Origin: an uncultured Candidatus Binatia bacterium
GTDB taxonomy: Bacteria; Desulfobacterota; Binatia; Bin18
Direction: 5' to 3'
DNA length: 64,000 nucleotides
Assembly: GCA_965242605.1 (NCBI GenBank)
Contig: CBDESS010000002.1
Location: 128,572 to 192,571 of the forward strand
In this document: piece after piece, positions 59,996 through 64,000 of the stretch
How the letters are laid out: each line of letters begins with the position of its first letter
Numbering within the stretch: the first letter of the stretch is position 1
Translations under genes and position numbers: made by a program
The notes under the pieces: generated by a model
What the model was told of the DNA's origin: nothing
What the model saw: the letters and a program-made list of their open reading frames with translations, nothing else
Databases searched by the model: none

Positions 59996-61833
59996 TGGAC
60001 ACGCCGCGCGAGCCCGAGCTGGGCAAAACCTGTGACCTCGTCCTGCTGCGGCGGCTGTGGCGCTATGTCCGTCCCTACCGGGCGCGGTTTGTCCTGGCTC
60101 TGGTCTGTCTGCCGCTCACCTCGGCCTGTGTGCTGGCCCAGCCCTACCTGCTGAAGCTGGCCGTTGACCGTTACATGCTCCAGCGTGACCCCGAGGGGCT
60201 GGCCCTGGTCGGGCTGCTGTTTGCCGGCGCTCTGCTCGGCGAGTTTATCTTCCTGTACACCCAGTTTCACGCCACCATGCTCATGGCCCAGAGCAGCCTG
60301 GCCGACCTGCGCCGCGACCTGTTCGCCCACCTGCTGGAGCTGCCGGCCCGCTTTTTTGAGAGCACCCCGGTCGGCCGCCTGGTCACCCGCCTGACGACCG
60401 ATGTGGACGCGATTAACGAAGCCTTCTCGGCCGGCACGCTGACCATCTTCATGGATGTGCTGACCATGGCCGGGATCGTGACCATCATGCTGCTGCTTGA
60501 CCCCCAGTTGGCCCTGGTGGCCCTGCTCCTGGTACCGCCGCTGGTGTTCATCCTGAATGTCTTCCGGGTTCGGACCCGCCGGAACTACCGGGCGATGCGG
60601 AGCCGGCTGGCCCGGATCAACTCTTTTCTGCAAGAAACCATCTCCGGCATCCTGGTGGCGCAGCTGTTCGCCCAGGAGAAAAAGCTGTTTGGCGAGTTTG
60701 ACCGGCGGAACCTTGACTACCGGGACGCCAGCCATGTGTCGAATATCTACGAGGCCAGCCTGTTCTCGGTGGTTGAAGCGACCAGCTCCGTCTCGATTGG
60801 GCTGATGCTGTGGTACGGTGCCGGCCAGGTCGGCAGTGGCGTTGTCGCCCTCGGCACCCTGGTGGCCTTTGTCGATTATATCCAAAAACTGTTTGTGCCA
60901 ATGCGGGAGTTCAGCGGCAAGTACACCACCCTGCAATCCGCCCTGAGCGCCATAGAGCGGGTTTTCCAACTCCTGGATACGCCGCTGACCATCACCTCGC
61001 CCGACACCCCCCGCCGGCCCCGGCAGGTTCGCGGCCGGATTGTGTTTGAGCATGTCTGGTTTGCCTATACCGACGAAGACTGGGTGCTGCGGGATGTGTC
61101 TTTCACCCTGGAACCTGGCGAAAGCATTGCCCTTGTCGGCGCGACCGGGGCCGGCAAAACGACAATCAGCAAGCTGCTCAGCCGCTTCTACGATGTCCAG
61201 CGGGGCCGGATTCTGATTGACGGCATTGATATCCGGGAGTGGGACCTGAAGGTCTTACGGCGACACATCGGCACGGTCCTCCAGGACGTGTTCCTGTTTG
61301 TCGGCGATATCGCCACCAACATCAGCCTGGGCCGGACCGATATTTCGCCGGCAGCCCTGGAGCGAGCCGCGCAGGCTGTGCATGCCGACAGGTTTGTCCG
61401 GCAACTGCCCAAGGGCTATGCCGAACAATTGTACGAACGTGGTACCAATCTGTCCGCCGGCCAGCGCCAGCTCCTGTCTTTTGCCCGGGCCCTGGCCTAC
61501 GACCCGGCTGTCCTGGTCCTGGACGAAGCCACCTCAAGCGTTGACCCGGAGACCGAACTGCTCATTCAGGACGCCCTGACGACGCTGATGAAAGGCCGGA
61601 CCACCCTGGTGGTTGCCCATCGCTTTTCGACCATCCAGAACGTTGACCGCATCCTGGTCATGCACAAGGGCCGGCTGCGCGAGGTGGGCAGCCATGAAGA
61701 GTTGCTCCGCCTTCGTGGCATCTACTGGCGTCTGTACCAGTTGCAGTACAGCGGCCAGGGGTCCGGCGGGCAGGCCCCGCAGCCGCGGCGTTCGACCGGG
61801 GGCGAGGGGCTGTTTGGTGAGGAGACCGAGTGA
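59992..61833 (+). CDS. ABC exporter TMD-NBD subunit (MdlB/YheH-like)
   Basis: GRLVTRLTTD, GATGAGKT, LSAGQRQL, LDEATS, AHR. Confidence 0.92.
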   Translation: MMDTPREPELGKTCDLVLLRRLWRYVRPYRARFVLALVCLPLTSACVLAQPYLLKLAVDRYMLQRDPEGLALVGLLFAGALLGEFIFLYTQFHATMLMAQSSLADLRRDLFAHLLELPARFFESTPVGRLVTRLTTDVDAINEAFSAGTLTIFMDVLTMAGIVTIMLLLDPQLALVALLLVPPLVFILNVFRVRTRRNYRAMRSRLARINSFLQETISGILVAQLFAQEKKLFGEFDRRNLDYRDASHVSNIYEASLFSVVEATSSVSIGLMLWYGAGQVGSGVVALGTLVAFVDYIQKLFVPMREFSGKYTTLQSALSAIERVFQLLDTPLTITSPDTPRRPRQVRGRIVFEHVWFAYTDEDWVLRDVSFTLEPGESIALVGATGAGKTTISKLLSRFYDVQRGRILIDGIDIREWDLKVLRRHIGTVLQDVFLFVGDIATNISLGRTDISPAALERAAQAVHADRFVRQLPKGYAEQLYERGTNLSAGQRQLLSFARALAYDPAVLVLDEATSSVDPETELLIQDALTTLMKGRTTLVVAHRFSTIQNVDRILVMHKGRLREVGSHEELLRLRGIYWRLYQLQYSGQGSGGQAPQPRRSTGGEGLFGEETE

Positions 61834-62906
61834 GGCCTGGGGGTTTCTGGCTCGTCTGCCTGACGCTGCTGTCGGCCTGCTCGCCGGTCCATGTCCTCAG
61901 GCTGGGCTATGAAGAGGCCAGAATCCTGTGGCACCGCCGGCCCATCAGCGACATCTTACGGCGGCCCGGGCTTGACCCCGCCACCCGCGACAAGCTGCGC
62001 CTCGTCTTGCGCGTCCGGGCCTTTGCCGAGCACGAATTGGGCTTCAGGGTCCGCGGCAGCTACGCCAGCCTGACCGAAGTCAGCCGTCCGCCGATTGTGC
62101 ATGTGCTGAGCGCAGCCCCGCGGACGAGTCTCGAGCCGTATACCTGGTGGTTCCCGGTTGTTGGCCGGGTGGCCTACAAGGGTTATTTCAACGCAGACCT
62201 GGCCGAGGCTGACGCGCGCCGGCTCGAAGCCCAAGGCTACGATACCGCTGTCCGTCAGGCTGCGGCCTTCAGTACCCTGGGCTGGTTTGACGACCCGCTG
62301 CTGCCGCATCTGCTGGGCTATGAGGCCGGGACGCTGGCCAATGTGATTTTTCACGAACTGTTTCACAGCACGTTTTATCTGGCTGGACACACGGCGTTCA
62401 ACGAATCCCTGGCCAATTTTGCCGGCCATCGGGCCGCGATTGTCTTTTTTGCCAGGGAGCACGGCCCGGATGCCGCGCCCACCCGCAGGGCCGAAGCCGG
62501 CTGGAGGCGGCAACTGCGGCTGTCCGAGTTGCTGGCCCGGGCCGCCGAGGGCTTGAGGACGCTCTACGCCTCAGCCCTGCCCGAGGCCGACAAGCTCAGC
62601 CAGCGGAAAGACCTGTTTGCCGGGCTCCAGGCCGAGTATCGGGCCCTGGTCGGGCCGGCTTCGGCCAAGGCCGGGCTTGCCTCGGGCCGGCTCAATAACG
62701 CCATCCTGCTCAACCATCTCGTCTATATGCGAGAGCTCGGGCTTTTTGAGCGGGTCTATCAGCACAGCGGCCAGGATTTGCGCCTCACCTTAGAGCGCAT
62801 TCCTGAGGTGGCCGAGCGAGCCGCCGAGCCGTTTGCCGGGGTGAAAACCCTGCTCAAACCGGTGTCAGAGCCGGGGAACGCGGGCGGGACGCCCGCCCCA
62901 AGCTGA
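61830..62906 (+). CDS. Putative zinc aminopeptidase lipoprotein
   Basis: Lipobox LSAC; WWFPVVG.V.YKGYF, AFSTLGWFDDP, HELFH...FNES, LNNA. Confidence 0.8.
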   Translation: MRPGGFWLVCLTLLSACSPVHVLRLGYEEARILWHRRPISDILRRPGLDPATRDKLRLVLRVRAFAEHELGFRVRGSYASLTEVSRPPIVHVLSAAPRTSLEPYTWWFPVVGRVAYKGYFNADLAEADARRLEAQGYDTAVRQAAAFSTLGWFDDPLLPHLLGYEAGTLANVIFHELFHSTFYLAGHTAFNESLANFAGHRAAIVFFAREHGPDAAPTRRAEAGWRRQLRLSELLARAAEGLRTLYASALPEADKLSQRKDLFAGLQAEYRALVGPASAKAGLASGRLNNAILLNHLVYMRELGLFERVYQHSGQDLRLTLERIPEVAERAAEPFAGVKTLLKPVSEPGNAGGTPAPS

Positions 62907-62968
62907 GATGAAAACGCTGGTACAGCGGCCGGCGTCAGAGGAGCGGAGGCCCGGCGCGTGGAATGCTA

Positions 62969-63178
62969 TCAGGCTGCCTCAATAAAATCGCTCTCAGAAG
63001 CGGGGAGTGGAACGGGCTGGTCGCACTCGCGCAGCCCCTCCAGGTGAAAGTCAATCGCTTCCTTAATCAGGGCTGTTGCTTCCTGCCGTGTGTCTGCCAC
63101 GGCAATACAGCCGGGGAGGTCAGGGACATGGGCACCCCAGCTTGACTCGCCTTTTTCAAGAATCACGAGGTAGCGCAC
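62969..63178 (-). CDS. hicB: HicB family antitoxin (short form)
   Basis: YLVILEK...WGAHVPDLPGC...EAIDFHLEGL. Confidence 0.88.
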   Translation of the reverse strand: MRYLVILEKGESSWGAHVPDLPGCIAVADTRQEATALIKEAIDFHLEGLRECDQPVPLPASESDFIEAA

Positions 63179-63189
63179 CGTTTTCCTCT

Positions 63190-63381
63190 CTACAACCCGG
63201 CTTGTTTCAGGATACTGCTCAGGGTCCCAGGCGGAATGTCTCGGCCTAGTTTACCCGAGACTGTCACTACACCGGGTTTCGTTGGGTGACGGAACTGTCG
63301 ATGATCGCCCTTTGTCCGTGCGGGATACCATCCGGCCTTTTCAATTACCCTGATAACGTCTCTGACTTTTTTAGCTGCCAA
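63190..63381 (-). CDS. hicA: HicA family toxin
   Basis: GW...R.KGDHRQFRHP...VTV...DIPPGTL.SILKQAGL; TTG start with AGGAG RBS. Confidence 0.9.
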   Translation of the reverse strand: MAAKKVRDVIRVIEKAGWYPARTKGDHRQFRHPTKPGVVTVSGKLGRDIPPGTLSSILKQAGL

Positions 63382-63627
63382 TTTTTTGTTCTCCTGGTCC
63401 CAACTGCGAAATTGTCCAACTAAAAGCTACAGAACTAAAACGATGTGATTCTCATCTGATGTCCTCCTGTGACGTAGTGCTTCTTCGCTCACGGCTGAGC
63501 TTCCAAACTGTCCGGCTAAAAGCTCTGATAGCGGCAAATCCAAAATAGCAACTTCATGTAAGGTTTCCCCAACCGTGTCACAGTTACGGCAGCTTGTCCA
63601 CCCTCGCCGCTGTATAGTGCCGAGCCT

Positions 63628-64000
63628 TCACGGTTTGGCCTCGGCCTGGACAAACGCTACCGCGGCCCGGGCCGCGGCCCTCTCCTGTCCCCGGAAAAAA
63701 TGGTCAACCCCGGCCAGCGTCACCAGCTTTCCGGGTTCGGGCATTTTTTCGACCAGCTTTTGCAGGTCAGGGATGGGCGAGAAGGTGTCCCTGTCTCCGC
63801 TGATGAGCAGCGTCGGCTTGTTGGCCGTCAGCAGAAACGACGGGTCACGAAAGCCGACCGGCAGGGCCACGCCAATCAGTACGCCCACCCGCCCGTCTTC
63901 GGCCCCGGCGCGCAGCCCGACGAGAGAGCCGAATGAATAGCCGGCGACAACGACCCTGGACACCGGCTGACGGGTGAGCAGGGCGGTGACTGCGGCTTTG
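63628..64000 (-). CDS. Alpha/beta hydrolase (5' end outside the window)
   Basis: GYSFG nucleophile elbow, GDRD, DHFF. Confidence 0.85.
   Translation of the reverse strand, partial: KAAVTALLTRQPVSRVVVAGYSFGSLVGLRAGAEDGRVGVLIGVALPVGFRDPSFLLTANKPTLLISGDRDTFSPIPDLQKLVEKMPEPGKLVTLAGVDHFFRGQERAAARAAVAFVQAEAKP

Noticed and set aside
58235-61053. Long antisense ORFs (422 aa and 365 aa here; similarly 5200..6264 and 23826..24767)
   Set aside because: Shadow frames opposite well-supported genes, expected in high-GC DNA, with no recognisable motifs.

Overview
High-GC (roughly 60-65% by eye) bacterial chromosomal segment. Gene style suggests a deltaproteobacteria-like lineage such as Binatota/Desulfobacterota (inference only). 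Left to right: (1) an acyl-CoA catabolic cluster with a frameshifted SCP2-type thiolase, an HMGS-like/DUF35 fusion and an internally deleted SDR; (2) monomeric icd followed by a small nuclease islet; (3) a divergent putrescine pathway (speA versus aguB-aguA) whose speA leader carries an in-frame tandem PQAKRLPPT repeat; (4) housekeeping genes (ligA, polA, bolA, pgsA, nadB, purBSQLF, lpxA, yacG), three tRNAs and a stand-alone 5S rRNA; (5) a ~25 kb cell-surface locus with a partial type II secretion cluster converging on a probable S-layer protein, then Wzt/Wzm export, acyl-, methyl- and glycosyltransferases, a priming transferase and a WaaL-like ligase; (6) a heterodimeric ABC exporter, a putative aminopeptidase, hicAB and a partial alpha/beta hydrolase. 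The best candidates for undescribed biology are the putative RLPP arrest-peptide leader of speA and the T2SS/S-layer/glycosylation module. All family assignments come from motif recognition by eye, not from database searches.
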